Shown: one piece after another, positions 49,736-60,700 of the stretch | Position numbering within the stretch: position 1 is the stretch's first letter | How the letters are laid out: every line of letters begins with the position of its first letter | DNA from: an uncultured Acidobacteriota bacterium | GTDB lineage: Bacteria; Acidobacteriota; Vicinamibacteria; Vicinamibacterales; UBA2999 | NCBI GenBank assembly: GCA_963846425.1 | Contig: CAWJVW010000007.1 | Location: 13,759-77,758, forward strand | Direction of reading: 5' to 3' | DNA length: 64,000 nucleotides | Notes under the pieces: model-generated | The model's database searches: none | Told to the model about the DNA's origin: nothing | The model's input: the letters and a program-made list of their open reading frames with translations, nothing else | Translations under genes and position numbers: made by a program

Positions 49736-52327
49736 TCACTGAACGACGATCGTGCGCTCGTTGGAGACGACGCTTCTCCCCAGCGCATTGACGGCTCGCG
49801 TGCGGACGTAATAAGTGCCAGGTGGCACACCCGAGAATGTCGCCGTGGTCGCCGTGCTCCCTGTATTGAGCACTGCGATGTTGGTCAGACCTGGCTCGGT
49901 ACCCGCCTCGATCACATAGCTGGTGGGCGCGCCGAAGAACGGCGCCTGCCAGGTCAACGTCAGCGATGACGCCGTTAACGTGTGAGTGAGGTTCCGCGGA
50001 GGCTCCGGTGGTGCCGGGACATTCCCGACCACGAGCATGATTTCAGCGGATGGCGGGCCGATCTGCGAATGACGGGATCGCACACGGAAGAAGTAGACGC
50101 CGTTCGGGACGCCGAGATACGTGAAGTTCCGCTCCGTCAGCGGAAGCGACGCGATGTTCGACAGCCCTGTCCCTGTTCCGACCTCGAGCAGATAGCTGGT
50201 CGGCACGCCGCCAAACGTCGCAGCAGCCCATGTCGCCGTCAGCCGGCCCCCGTTGATCCGGACGACCAGATTCGTCGGTGCCAGCAGACCTCCCGAGCCG
50301 TCCGCGTTGATGACGAGCACGAACTCGGTGGACGCCTGACTCGTGCCGTAGGCGTTGACGGCTTTGACACGCACATAAAAGCGGCCGGGCGGCGCGCCGG
50401 GAATCTCCAGCGACGTCGACCCTGTGGTGAACGTCACGGCCGTGGTGCCGGGCGCGACGCCGGCTTCGATGATGTAGCTCGTGGCTGGGGCGCCAGAGGT
50501 GGGCGCACTCCACGAAAAGCTCACGCGGAAGCCAGAGACGACGGCCCCGAAACTCGTTGGCGCGCTCGGAGGCCGAGTGCTGGGCGACAGGCCAAAGTTG
50601 ATCCCCGATGTCGTCGCGGCCGCGTTGACGGTGATGGGTGTCCCGCTCGATGTGGTCGCCACCGCGGAACAGAAATCCCCACACTGGATGTTGTCGTAGA
50701 TCTCGTTGTTGAGACGGAAGCTCGAAGACGAGGAGGTGGAGGCGTAGTAGGTGCCCGCTGCAAGGCCGCCAAGCGACCAGGCGCCCACGCTGTTGGTGAA
50801 ACCGCTCCCAACATACAGCGAACTGCTGCCCACGCGAACGTACACGTCGACGGAGATGCTCGGGAGAGGCGCCGCCGTTGCCGCATTCGTCACGGTCCCA
50901 GTGATGGTGCCGGCGGGATCCAAGGAGAAATTCCTCCCTCCCGTCGTCGCACCATCCGTCACGGGAATCGGCGCACCAGTGAGGACCGTCGCAGTATTGC
51001 AAGCCCCCGTACACGGGATGTTGTCGTAGACCTCAGGCACGTACGTGGCTGAGGGGAACGCCACGACGTAATAGTTGCCGGTCGGAATGCCCGCCACGTT
51101 GTAGACGCCCGCTACAGTCGTAAATCCCTGAGCGACCTGCTGAACCCCGGAACCCGATGACTGATAGACACCCACGAAGACATTCTGGAGCGGCAATGCC
51201 GTAATCGAATCAGTGATCGTTCCTGCGATGGCACCGCCAGGATCGAGCTGGAAGTCGATCCCGCTGGTCGTGTTGCCAAGGCTGACTTGCACCGGGGCGC
51301 CAGGCGCGGGCACCGTTGGAGAGCAGCCCCCCACGCATTGCACGTCGTTGTAGATCTCGTGCACCAAGCCTGAACTACCAGAGGTGGCGAGATAGTAGGT
51401 CCCCGTGGGCAATCCCTGGACGGTGTACACCCCACTGGCGTTGGTGATGGCGGAAGCGACAAAGGTCAGAAAGGTGTCGTGCGCGATCCGAGTCCGGACG
51501 TTGACGAAGACGGACTGTGCTGGAGCGGATGTCTCAGCGTTGGTGATCGTGCCGCTAATCTTGCCGCCGAGGTCCAGCGCGAAATTCTTCCCTGTGACTG
51601 GTACTCCGGTCGTCACCGGAATCGGTGTTCCGCTATTCACCGCAATCGTCGACGAACACGACCCCGGGCACAGCACGTTGTTGTAGATCTCGTTGGTGTA
51701 GCCAACGGAGTTCGACGTAAAAGCGTAATAGGTCCCGGCGGGCAATCCCGAAACCGTGTAGCCGCCAGAGGCATTTGTATTGTTGCTCGCGACAAACGTC
51801 GTCGAGGTGCCAACGCGCGCGTAGATGTTGACGGTCACCGACTGGACCGGCGCGGATGTCGCCGCGTCGAAGACCGTGCCGCTGATGCTGTCGCCCGGAT
51901 CAAGAGCGAAGTTGATCCCCGGTGTCGTATTACCCGCGGTTACCACAATCGGCGCGCCGCTCGCTAAGGCGAACTGTGTTGAGCAGGCGCTCACGGGACA
52001 TTGAACGTTGTTGTACACCTCGTTGATCAATCCCGAGTTCGACGTGAGGGCATAGTAGGTCCCCGCGGGCCGACTGATGGAGAACGCGCCGGATGCGTTT
52101 GTCGTAGTCCCGGAGCAGTTGGAACCGCCTCCGCCGGTGTCCATGCAAACGAACACCTGCGCTCCCTGCACCGCCGCTGCCGTCGCGGCGTTTGTTACCG
52201 TGCCGGTCATTGTTCCGTTCTGCCCAAAGGCAAGTACCGGCATGAAGACAACGGCCGAGGCCGCTAGGAGTAGCTGGCGAGAGAGACTCGTGTTTGATCG
52301 ACTGATTCGGCGGAGTATCAGGGACAT
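49736..52327 (-). CDS. Secreted surface protein with five carboxypeptidase-regulatory-like repeats and three FN3-like domains
   Basis: Signal peptide; repeats of about 110 aa with G(T/N)YY and E(I/V)Y(N/D)(N/D)xxC-x3-4-C; FN3-like W...TSYxxExG...GxYYxRxR. Confidence 0.8.
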   Translation of the reverse strand: MSLILRRISRSNTSLSRQLLLAASAVVFMPVLAFGQNGTMTGTVTNAATAAAVQGAQVFVCMDTGGGGSNCSGTTTNASGAFSISRPAGTYYALTSNSGLINEVYNNVQCPVSACSTQFALASGAPIVVTAGNTTPGINFALDPGDSISGTVFDAATSAPVQSVTVNIYARVGTSTTFVASNNTNASGGYTVSGLPAGTYYAFTSNSVGYTNEIYNNVLCPGSCSSTIAVNSGTPIPVTTGVPVTGKNFALDLGGKISGTITNAETSAPAQSVFVNVRTRIAHDTFLTFVASAITNASGVYTVQGLPTGTYYLATSGSSGLVHEIYNDVQCVGGCSPTVPAPGAPVQVSLGNTTSGIDFQLDPGGAIAGTITDSITALPLQNVFVGVYQSSGSGVQQVAQGFTTVAGVYNVAGIPTGNYYVVAFPSATYVPEVYDNIPCTGACNTATVLTGAPIPVTDGATTGGRNFSLDPAGTITGTVTNAATAAPLPSISVDVYVRVGSSSLYVGSGFTNSVGAWSLGGLAAGTYYASTSSSSSFRLNNEIYDNIQCGDFCSAVATTSSGTPITVNAAATTSGINFGLSPSTRPPSAPTSFGAVVSGFRVSFSWSAPTSGAPATSYIIEAGVAPGTTAVTFTTGSTSLEIPGAPPGRFYVRVKAVNAYGTSQASTEFVLVINADGSGGLLAPTNLVVRINGGRLTATWAAATFGGVPTSYLLEVGTGTGLSNIASLPLTERNFTYLGVPNGVYFFRVRSRHSQIGPPSAEIMLVVGNVPAPPEPPRNLTHTLTASSLTLTWQAPFFGAPTSYVIEAGTEPGLTNIAVLNTGSTATTATFSGVPPGTYYVRTRAVNALGRSVVSNERTIVVQ

Positions 52328-52431
52328 GAGGGGAGACCCTTTCTGCGCTCCGAGCTTGCGATTGAGTTAACGACGAGGGGGAGAGGCTAGCTCAACAATT
52401 CTTTCTGTGCAAGCATTTTTGTGCAGATTCC

Positions 52432-53685
52432 CTACGGCTGTGCCAAAGCCACCGCCAGCAACAACGCCCGCTGGGTGCCCTGCCAGGAATTCGTCGAGTC
52501 GAACGTTTCATCAAGCGCGTGCGCGCCGCTGCCGCGTCCTCCGCCGTCGATTGTGATCGCGGGAATGCCAAGACTCATCGGAATGTTCGCATCGGTTGAT
52601 CCTTCATCGAGAGTGACGGGAAAGCCGAGCGCCTTGGTCACCGACACCGCAGCAGCGACGATGGGGTGATCGCTGGCGGTGCGTCCCGCGGGACGATTGC
52701 CGACCACGGTCTTGTCCACCGAAAGCTGGCGACTTCCCCACCGCGTGTTTTCATCCGCGACCGCATCGTCCATCGCCTTGTGAAACTTTGCATCGAGTGA
52801 CTGCAGCGAGGCAGCGTCCGCGGAACGCATGTCGACTTCGGCCCACGCCTCGAACGGAATGGCGTTGACCGAGGTCCCGCCACCAATTCGCCCGACGTTG
52901 AAGGTTGTCTTGGGCTCGCGTGCCACTTCGAAGTCCGCCACGCGCGCCATCGCGCGCCCGAGCGCATGAATCGGGTTGACCATGCCGAAGGCGCCGTAGC
53001 TGTGGCCGCCGGGACCTTTGAACGTGACGCGATAACGAAGGCTTCCGACCGCGATATGCGTGATGCCAAGACCGGTGCCGTCAATCGACACGAAGCGGTC
53101 GATCTGGCCTTTGAGCCCGTCGCGGAACAGATACTTCACGCCGCGCAGGTCGCCGAGACCTTCCTCTCCGACCGTGCCGACGAACGTGATGGTGCCGGGC
53201 GTCTGAATGCTGCCTTTGATCATCGTGCGCGCGACGGCGAGCACGACGGCGAGCCCACGGCAGTCGTCGCCGATGCCGGGCGCGCGCAGTGTGGTGCCCT
53301 CGCGTTTCACGGTGACGTTGGTGCCTTCGGGAAAGACCGTGTCGAGGTGCGCGCTGAAGACGAGATGCGGCCTGGCCTGCGTTCCGCGTTTTTCGCCGAG
53401 AACGTTGCCCTCCTTGTCGATACGTACGTTAGTGAGACCGATCTCCTTGAACATCTGGGCATACAGCTGCGCTCGCTTTGCTTCCTTGAATGGCGGCGCT
53501 TCGACCTCGCACAAACGAATCTGATCTTCCAGCGTCTGCGGCTCAGCCGCCCGTACGGCATCGAGCGCTGTTTTCACGGCCGCGTCTTGTAACAAGCGTG
53601 CGCCGATCTGGGCCGCCTCTTGCTGGGCGATGGCCGGCGTCGCGATCGCCATAATGACAACAAGTACGCAATTCGTTTGGTGCAT
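52432..53685 (-). CDS. M20/M25/M40 family metallo-peptidase, exported
   Basis: Signal peptide, SAHLDTV, GIGDD, GEEG, GPGGHS, GSTDAN, AHALDE. Confidence 0.88.
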   Translation of the reverse strand: MHQTNCVLVVIMAIATPAIAQQEAAQIGARLLQDAAVKTALDAVRAAEPQTLEDQIRLCEVEAPPFKEAKRAQLYAQMFKEIGLTNVRIDKEGNVLGEKRGTQARPHLVFSAHLDTVFPEGTNVTVKREGTTLRAPGIGDDCRGLAVVLAVARTMIKGSIQTPGTITFVGTVGEEGLGDLRGVKYLFRDGLKGQIDRFVSIDGTGLGITHIAVGSLRYRVTFKGPGGHSYGAFGMVNPIHALGRAMARVADFEVAREPKTTFNVGRIGGGTSVNAIPFEAWAEVDMRSADAASLQSLDAKFHKAMDDAVADENTRWGSRQLSVDKTVVGNRPAGRTASDHPIVAAAVSVTKALGFPVTLDEGSTDANIPMSLGIPAITIDGGGRGSGAHALDETFDSTNSWQGTQRALLLAVALAQP

Positions 53686-53703
53686 GGGCGACAGTATCGA
53701 TCA

Positions 53704-54090
53704 GGGTGAGGACGGAGGTTTGCGGCGACCTCCGTCCTCGGTGGCGACCTCGGAGGTTGCCCGCAACCTCCGTCCTCACCCGCAACCTCGGAGGTTCCCC
53801 CCGGCAGCCTCGAGCAACCTCTGTCCTCGGTGGCGACCTCGGAGGTCGCCCGCAACCTCCGTCCTCACCCGCAACCTCGGAGGTTCCCCGCGACCTCGCA
53901 ACCTCCGTCCTCGCCTGCGACCTCGGAGGTCGACCGCAACCTCCGTCCTCACCCGCAACCTCGGAGGTTCCCCCCGGCAGCCTCAGGCAACCTCCGTCCT
54001 CGCCGACAACCTCGGAGGTTCCCCCTGCACACTGACCAGCAAGGAGGTTCCCCCTGCACACTCGCCAGCAACCACAGGTTCCCCCTCCCG
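53704..54090. repeat. Hierarchical tandem array of palindromic units (BIME-like)
   Basis: 7 units of GCRACCTCCGTCCTC-N4-RCRACCTCGGAGGTY in alternating subtypes, one inverted half-unit at the left, three degenerate AGGTTCCCCCT units at the right. Confidence 0.9.
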
Positions 54091-54248
54091 CACACGTCAC
54101 CCCGAGGCCGCCCCACACTCGTCCCAGCCGATTCAATTGATCGAATCCGCGAACTCAGATTCGCGAACTGAAATACGGCGCCAAGGGCCGAGCGGCGAAT
54201 TTTTGGGTGCAGGTCGCACTTGACCCGGGACGGTCCCTAACCTCGTCC

Positions 54249-54264
54249 CGGCACCCCCATTGCT
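54249..54264 (+). promoter_or_regulatory. sigma54 (-24/-12) promoter
   Basis: CGGCAC-CCCCA-TTGCT, exact GG-N10-GC spacing. Confidence 0.55.
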
Positions 54265-54585
54265 CCTGACCCCTGCCGTTTAACGCTTTGTACTCAGTCT
54301 GCGAAGGGAGATCACATGAGGAAGATGATGGTGCTGGGACTTTGCCTGATAGCGCTTGGACAGAAATGGAAGGGGCGGTTAACCATAGTTGCCCGGGCCT
54401 TCGTGTTTCCCACCGCGAGACAGGCCGAGCCGGGCACCAATCCTTGCCATTTTCCGCCCATAGGTCTAATATTCGGCAGATTTAGTCCCAGGCAACCAGG
54501 CCCTTATCTTCCCGGCGCGCGGCCGTTCGTGGTGCGCGCCGTAGGTTGTCGGGCATTTGTTCGACCTTTGCTTTGGAGGTCCTCC

Positions 54586-57516
54586 ATGAGGCTGACCCGG
54601 ATAGGCATGTTTTTTCTGTGTGCGGGACTGCTTGGCGCAGCAGTACCGGCCAGCGCGCAGGAATTCCGCGGCCGTATCAACGGCACGGTTACTGACAACT
54701 CCGGCGCAATTCTGCCGGGAGTCACCGTCACAGCTAGCAGTCCTGCAATGATTCAGCCGCAGGTGCAGGTGACTGGAGAAGCTGGCGACTATCGCCTTAT
54801 TGCCCTGCCGCCGGGCGTCTACGATTTGACGTTCGAGCTGACCGGTTTCCAGACGGTCAAACGCGAAGGCATTCGCGTCGTCATCAACACGACGCTGAGC
54901 GTCGACCAGCAATTGCAGGTCGCCACCCTGCAGGAAACAGTCACCGTGACGGGTGAATCGCCGGTCGTCGACACCTCGACGACGCTGGTCGGGACGAACT
55001 TCACGAGGGAGCTCCTCACGGAAATCCCCAACGGCCGGGACATCTGGGCCGCCATGGCGCAGGCGCCGGGGTTCCAGATGACCGGGTTTGACGTCGGCGG
55101 CTCTCACACGGGAACGCAGACGGGCTTCCTCGCCTACGGTGTGAGTCAGCAACGCACCACCCGTATCGAGGGAGTCAACACCACCGAAAACACCGACGCC
55201 AACGCGGGCTACTTCGATTTTGGATCGTTCGAAGAGTTCCAGCTGGGTGGCGCAGGCAATATGGCGGACCACGACACGCCCGGCGGCTCGATGAACATCA
55301 TCGTGAAGTCAGGTGGCGATCGCTTCACCGGGAATTGGTACAGCGATTGGCAAGGCGACGCGACGATCTCGGACAACGTGCCCGATAAGTTCAGGACGCC
55401 AAACGTGCGTGACGACGACGGCTTCTTCGTGCGCGCGCCGCTTCGGCACGGCAACGAAATCGATCGCCAGTACGACATCAACGCAAATATTGGCGGGCCC
55501 CTCTACAAAGGCAAGGCCTGGTTCTTCTATTCCTACCGCCTGAACGATCAGTACAAGTACGTGTTGAACTTCGACGACCTCGCCCGATCGAAGTTGAGCA
55601 ATCAGTACACGTTCAAGGGTACGTTCCAGATCACTCGGAACAACCAAATCATCGGGTATCTGAACAAACGCGAAAAGTTGCAGGCCTTGCGCGACATCGG
55701 TCCCACGGTGCCGGTATCGGCGGCCTATTTCCAATCGTCTCGGAACTACCCGATGAAAGTCGAGTGGACCAGCGTCGTCAGCGACCGGATGTTCCTCGAT
55801 GTGATCGTCGGGAACTGGTACAACTTCTTCCCATTGGACACAACGCTAAACAGCGGAGCGTTTGCGGGACCGTTGATGCCGGCCCGGCTCGACCTTGCTG
55901 CCGCGGCTGCATCCGCCCAACGGATCGACGGCGGGGCGAATATTACGTATCAGAATCAGCTGCGGTACAAGCCCCAGTTCGCTGCATCGCTGTCCTACGC
56001 CAAGGACGGCTGGCACGGCAGCCACGACTTCAAACTCGGCACCGAGGGCCGGCGCGAGCGCCGCAGCTTTTTCGCGCCGCAGCCATACAACCTGGCGTAC
56101 TACGATGCGGCGGGACAGCTTGGCCGCGTCCCCGCGGAGGTCGAGTTCTACAACACGCCCAACACCGGTATCAACCAGACCAATAACGTCAGCGCGTATC
56201 TCAACGACACGTGGCGGTTCAACCAGCGCCTGACCATTAACCTGGGCATCCGCGTCGATTACTACAAGGATCTGTATCCCGAGCAGAGCGTCACGCCCGA
56301 AGGCGTTCCAGGCCTGATTGGAGTCACCACGGACACCAACCTGCGCGCGCTCTGGGCGCCCTTCACTGTCCAGCGTACCGAGCTCGCGGAATCGACGACG
56401 GCAGCGCCTCGCGTGGGCTTTGCGTATGACCTGACAGGCGACGGCAAGTCGGTGATCAAGGGCTTCTACGGCCGTTTCTACTTCAACTCGGCGCCAGACA
56501 CGATTGCCGCGCTCGTCAATCCAGTCGGCCGCACCCGCCTCCGATATCGCTGGCAGGATCTCAACGACAACCTGATCATTGACAACACGGCCGAACTTGG
56601 CGGGTTCCTTCGAACGGTCACCGGCTCGCTGCCAGGCGCGGCCGGGGTCACCGTCGATCCGAGTCTCAAGCGACCGTATGGGGACGAACTCTCTACCCAT
56701 TTCGAGCGAGAGATCGTTGAAGGGCTCTCAGCGCGGGCCTCGTACGTCTACAAGAACATCCGCAACGAATGGGAAATCGTCGACGTCAACCGAATCGGTG
56801 CCTACACGACCCCGTTCACTTTCATCGACCCAGGTCCCGACAACGTGCGCGGCAACGGCGATGACCAGACTCTCAGTCTCTTCGACCGCACGACAGTCGC
56901 CGAGAACCGCGTCTTTATGAATCCCACGGATCCTGAGTCGAAGTCCGACTACAACACCGTCGAGTTTGCGGTAAACCGGCGCTTCCGTGGCAAATGGATG
57001 TTCCTCACCTCGTATGAGTACACGTGGTTGAACCAGTTCCACAATAACTCGAATTCGACTAACGCCCTCGACTCAGCGGGCAACGGAAAGCTGTACGACT
57101 GGCGGCCGAATGTCCGGCGCTTTGGTCTCGAGACGAGCACGGTCTGGAACTACAAAATCTTGGGACGCTACGTGCTGCCATTCAACATCGGTGTCAGCGG
57201 GTCTTACAAACTCCAGAGTGGCCGTCAGTGGGGACGTGACGTCTCCGTAACGCTTCCGGTCGCCGGCAACGAATCGATTCGCGTGGAGTCGGTCACAGCC
57301 AATCGTGCACCGAATATCTCGATCCTGGACTTCCGCATCGACAAAGGGATCAAGTTCGGCAAGGCGGGCACGTTCACCGGTTTCGTCGACATCTTTAACG
57401 TGTTCAATCCGCCGACTGTCACCACGTTCCGCAGTTCGACGGGTGCGACCTTCGGTGAAGTCACCTCGCTTCTCGATCCGCGCATCGTACGGTTCGGGCT
57501 GAGGTACGACTTCTAG
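54586..57516 (+). CDS. Oar-like TonB-dependent receptor with carboxypeptidase-regulatory-like domain
   Basis: GGAGG SD + ATG 54586, signal peptide ending ASA-Q, GTVTDNSGAILPGV, KSGGD, APRVGFAYDLTG, C-terminal LRYDF. Confidence 0.9.
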   Translation: MRLTRIGMFFLCAGLLGAAVPASAQEFRGRINGTVTDNSGAILPGVTVTASSPAMIQPQVQVTGEAGDYRLIALPPGVYDLTFELTGFQTVKREGIRVVINTTLSVDQQLQVATLQETVTVTGESPVVDTSTTLVGTNFTRELLTEIPNGRDIWAAMAQAPGFQMTGFDVGGSHTGTQTGFLAYGVSQQRTTRIEGVNTTENTDANAGYFDFGSFEEFQLGGAGNMADHDTPGGSMNIIVKSGGDRFTGNWYSDWQGDATISDNVPDKFRTPNVRDDDGFFVRAPLRHGNEIDRQYDINANIGGPLYKGKAWFFYSYRLNDQYKYVLNFDDLARSKLSNQYTFKGTFQITRNNQIIGYLNKREKLQALRDIGPTVPVSAAYFQSSRNYPMKVEWTSVVSDRMFLDVIVGNWYNFFPLDTTLNSGAFAGPLMPARLDLAAAAASAQRIDGGANITYQNQLRYKPQFAASLSYAKDGWHGSHDFKLGTEGRRERRSFFAPQPYNLAYYDAAGQLGRVPAEVEFYNTPNTGINQTNNVSAYLNDTWRFNQRLTINLGIRVDYYKDLYPEQSVTPEGVPGLIGVTTDTNLRALWAPFTVQRTELAESTTAAPRVGFAYDLTGDGKSVIKGFYGRFYFNSAPDTIAALVNPVGRTRLRYRWQDLNDNLIIDNTAELGGFLRTVTGSLPGAAGVTVDPSLKRPYGDELSTHFEREIVEGLSARASYVYKNIRNEWEIVDVNRIGAYTTPFTFIDPGPDNVRGNGDDQTLSLFDRTTVAENRVFMNPTDPESKSDYNTVEFAVNRRFRGKWMFLTSYEYTWLNQFHNNSNSTNALDSAGNGKLYDWRPNVRRFGLETSTVWNYKILGRYVLPFNIGVSGSYKLQSGRQWGRDVSVTLPVAGNESIRVESVTANRAPNISILDFRIDKGIKFGKAGTFTGFVDIFNVFNPPTVTTFRSSTGATFGEVTSLLDPRIVRFGLRYDF

Positions 57517-57556
57517 GAGCACGGAAGCGCGGAAGACGCGCAGAAGCACAGAAAAG

Positions 57557-57595
57557 AAAAGGCCGGGCGCCCTTCGGGGTTCACGGCCTTTTTTT
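57557..57595 (+). terminator. Intrinsic terminator
   Basis: AAAAGGCCG...CCCTTCGGGG...CGGCC followed by T7. Confidence 0.75.
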
Positions 57596-57679
57596 CTTGG
57601 CGGGACATCCAATCATCCGCCCGCGCGCTCGATTGACGATCGCCAAACATCATCACCCGAAGTCCTCTACCGCCCCACG

Positions 57680-57760
57680 ACAGTGACGAGTGATCGGTGA
57701 CCAGTGATGCGCATCTGAACACTGATCCTTGGTCACTGATCCCTGATCACTGACCCTGAT
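57680..57760. repeat. Heptamer tandem repeats in inverted arms
   Basis: CAGTGAC/GAGTGAT/CGGTGAC/CAGTGAT facing CACTGAT/CCCTGAT/CACTGAC units. Confidence 0.65.
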
Positions 57761-57773
57761 ATGCTCGATCTGA

Positions 57774-60700
57774 ATGCGATCGAGGTTCGCCCTCATCTTC
57801 GCCGCCTCCGGCGCGGCAGCCCTCATCTACGAAGTCACCTGGACGCGTCTGCTCACGCTGCAGCTTGGGCATGGCGTGGCTGCCGCGAGCACGGTGCTCG
57901 CGGCCTTCATGGGTGGGCTCGCGGCGGGTTCGGCTGTCGGCGGCAGTCGAGGGTCCACTCTTGATCCGGCTCGCGCACTGCGCGTGTATGCCGGTCTCGA
58001 GATCGGCATAGCCGTTCTCGCGCTGGCCATGCCCTATGCAATACGCGCCCTCGATCCTCTACTGGCGTGGGCCTATGCCGATGGGGCCGGCGGTGCGCGC
58101 TTCGGCGCGCTGCGGCTGATGGCGAGCCTGGTGCTTTTGTCGGTGCCCGCCGCAGCCATGGGTGCCACGTTCCCCATCGCGTCGAGATGGTTCGTCCAGC
58201 ATGTGGGCCGGGCTGCCCGGGATGCCGGCACGCTCTACGCAAGCAACACCATTGGCGCGGCGCTTGGCGCGCTCGTCGCGGGTTTCGTGCTCCTGCCCTT
58301 CCTTGGCCTGAGTGGCGCGACGTGGATCGGCGTTGCGCTGAATATGGTCGCGGCCGCAGGCGCGTGGCAGATCGCAAAATCTCCTACGAGGGGTCACGTC
58401 CCGAGTCCTACGAGAGCGCAGAGCGCCGGAGTCCCACGAGCGAAGCGAGCTCACCAATCGGCCGAAGGTCGCGCGGCCCTCAGAGCGCGGCCGGCCCTGG
58501 CCGCGGCCGCGCTGGGAGTTTCCGGCTTTGCATCGCTCACCTTGCAAGTCGTCTGGACGCGACTGCTCGCGCTCATCCTCGGACCGACCACCTACGCGTT
58601 CAGCACCATGGTCGCCGTGTTCATCGCGGGTCTTGCCATTGGGGCCGCCGTCGCGTCGCGTTTCGTCGCGCGGAGCCGCGATCCGCTGCTGGGGCTCGCG
58701 ACCTGCCTGGCATTGGCAGTGGGATTCGGCGCTGTCGCGGCAGGCCTCGTCGACCGCGGGCTGCTCGCAATCGCGGAGGTCGTCGCAAAGCCAGACGTCA
58801 CGTTCACCGAGGTCATCGCTCGCCAGGCACTGCTGGCCATTGGTCTGCTTTCGCCGATGACGATCGCGTTTGGCGCCGCCTTTCCGTTTGCAGTTGCGGT
58901 CGGCGCGCGCACGGACCACACGATTGCCTCTGATCTCGGGTTGATCTATGCCGTGAACACGACGGGTGCGATCGCCGGCGCGTTGCTCGCGGGGTTTGTG
59001 TTCATCCCCTGGCTCGGCTTACACGGGACGATTCGCCTGGTGACAATCGCCGGAGCCATCGGTGCGCTGGGCCTCGTCGCCGCAAGCCGCCGCGGCCGCT
59101 GGCTTGCTGGCGCCGCAGTGGCTGTCGTCGTTCTGGCGACAGGCATCCTCCTTCCTGACTGGGACAAGCTGCTGCTGTCGAGTGGCGCGTATAAGTACGC
59201 GTCGGTCATGCAGGCACCCGATCTGGAGACCGCTCTCAAGGCCGGCGAATTGCTGTATTACGGCGAAGGGCCCAGCGGCACGGTTACCGTTCGACGAGTG
59301 GGCGGTACGACATCGCTCGCGATTGACGGTAAGGTCGACGCCTCCAACGCGGGCGACATGCTCACGCAGCGTCTGCTCGCGCACGTCCCCCTGCTGCTGC
59401 ACCCTGATCCCAAACAGGTCGCCATCCTCGGGCTTGGCAGCGGCGTTACATTGGGCTCAGCCTTGCGACACCCGATCGAGCGCGCGGATGTCCTCGAGAT
59501 CTCACCGCAGGTCGTGGACGCGGCACGCTATTTCGATCAGGAGAATCATCGCGCCACACTCGACCCGCGCACACGCGTGATCCTCGGTGACGGACGCACG
59601 CATCTCCTTCTGACGCGGCAGCGCTACGACGTGATCGTGTCAGAGCCGTCGAACCCGTGGATGGCCGGCATCGCGTCGCTGTTCACGCGGGAGTTTTTCG
59701 AGGCCGCGCGCAGCCGGCTGGCGCCCGGCGGCGTGCTGTGTCAGTGGGCGCATACCTACGACATCAGCACGCGCGATCTGCAGTCGATTGTCGCGACGTT
59801 CGCGTCCGTCTTCCCGGATGGCACGCTGTGGCTCGTTGGCGATGGTGACGTTCTGCTGGTCGGATCCAACCAGCCGCTCGAGTCGCGACTGGCAGGGTTG
59901 GCCAGCGCCTGGCAGCGTCCCGGCGTGGCTGAGGACCTGGCCACGGTCGGCGCCCTGGAGCCCTTCCACGTCCTCTCGATGTTTGTCGCGCAGGGGCCGC
60001 GGCTGAGCGAATGGGCCTCTGGCGCGCCAGTCCAGGCTGATAACCGGGTTGCGCTGGAGTTCTCAGGTCCGCAAAGCGTGTTCGGACGGGAATCGGCTGA
60101 CAATGCCGCACTGCTGCGCACGCTGGCAGGTGGCCCGGCAGCCCGCCCGCCCCCGGTGGCCCAGGCGGAAGCCAGCGCAACGCCAGCCGCGTTCAGAGAT
60201 CGGGGTTGGATGTTGCTCAATGCCGATTCGGTCCGACCGGCGTATGACGATTTCGTGACCGCCGTCGGGGCGAATCCGCACGACGCGCGCGCGCTGGAGG
60301 GGCTGATCCGCGCTTCCGCGCCGCTTCGACGTGGGTCGCAGACACGGGCGCTCCTTGAACGTTTTGCGGCCGATCCGACCCATCAGGCCGCCAAGCTCGC
60401 GCTCGCCCGCCAGCTCGCGTCCGAGGGATCATTCGACGAGGCCGCCAGGATTGTCTTTGGCATTCTCCAAACCGACCCGGGCAACGTGCCGGCACTCGAG
60501 GGCATGGCGTCAGTGCTGTCCGATGCCGGCGATCTCGAACGGATGAAGCCGGTGGTTGCCCGGCTTCGGGCGGAAGCGCCCTCGAGCGAGGCTGCGCACT
60601 ATTACAGCGCCGCTCTGCTCTTCATGGAGGACCGGACGGACCTGGCACTGATGGAAGCGCGTCGGGTGATTGCAGTGAACCCGTCTCACTCGAAAGCCCA

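Noticed and set aside
53704-54090. Possible CRISPR array
   Set aside because: Inter-repeat segments are only 4-17 nt and themselves repeated, so there are no unique spacers; no cas genes in the window
53543-54223. Several ORFs of 60-197 aa over the repeat array
   Set aside because: Low-complexity products of a stop-poor repeat in multiple frames on both strands; no coding signals
54432-54448. Second sigma54-like motif GGGCACCAATCCTTGCC
   Set aside because: GG-to-GC spacing is 11 nt rather than the required 10
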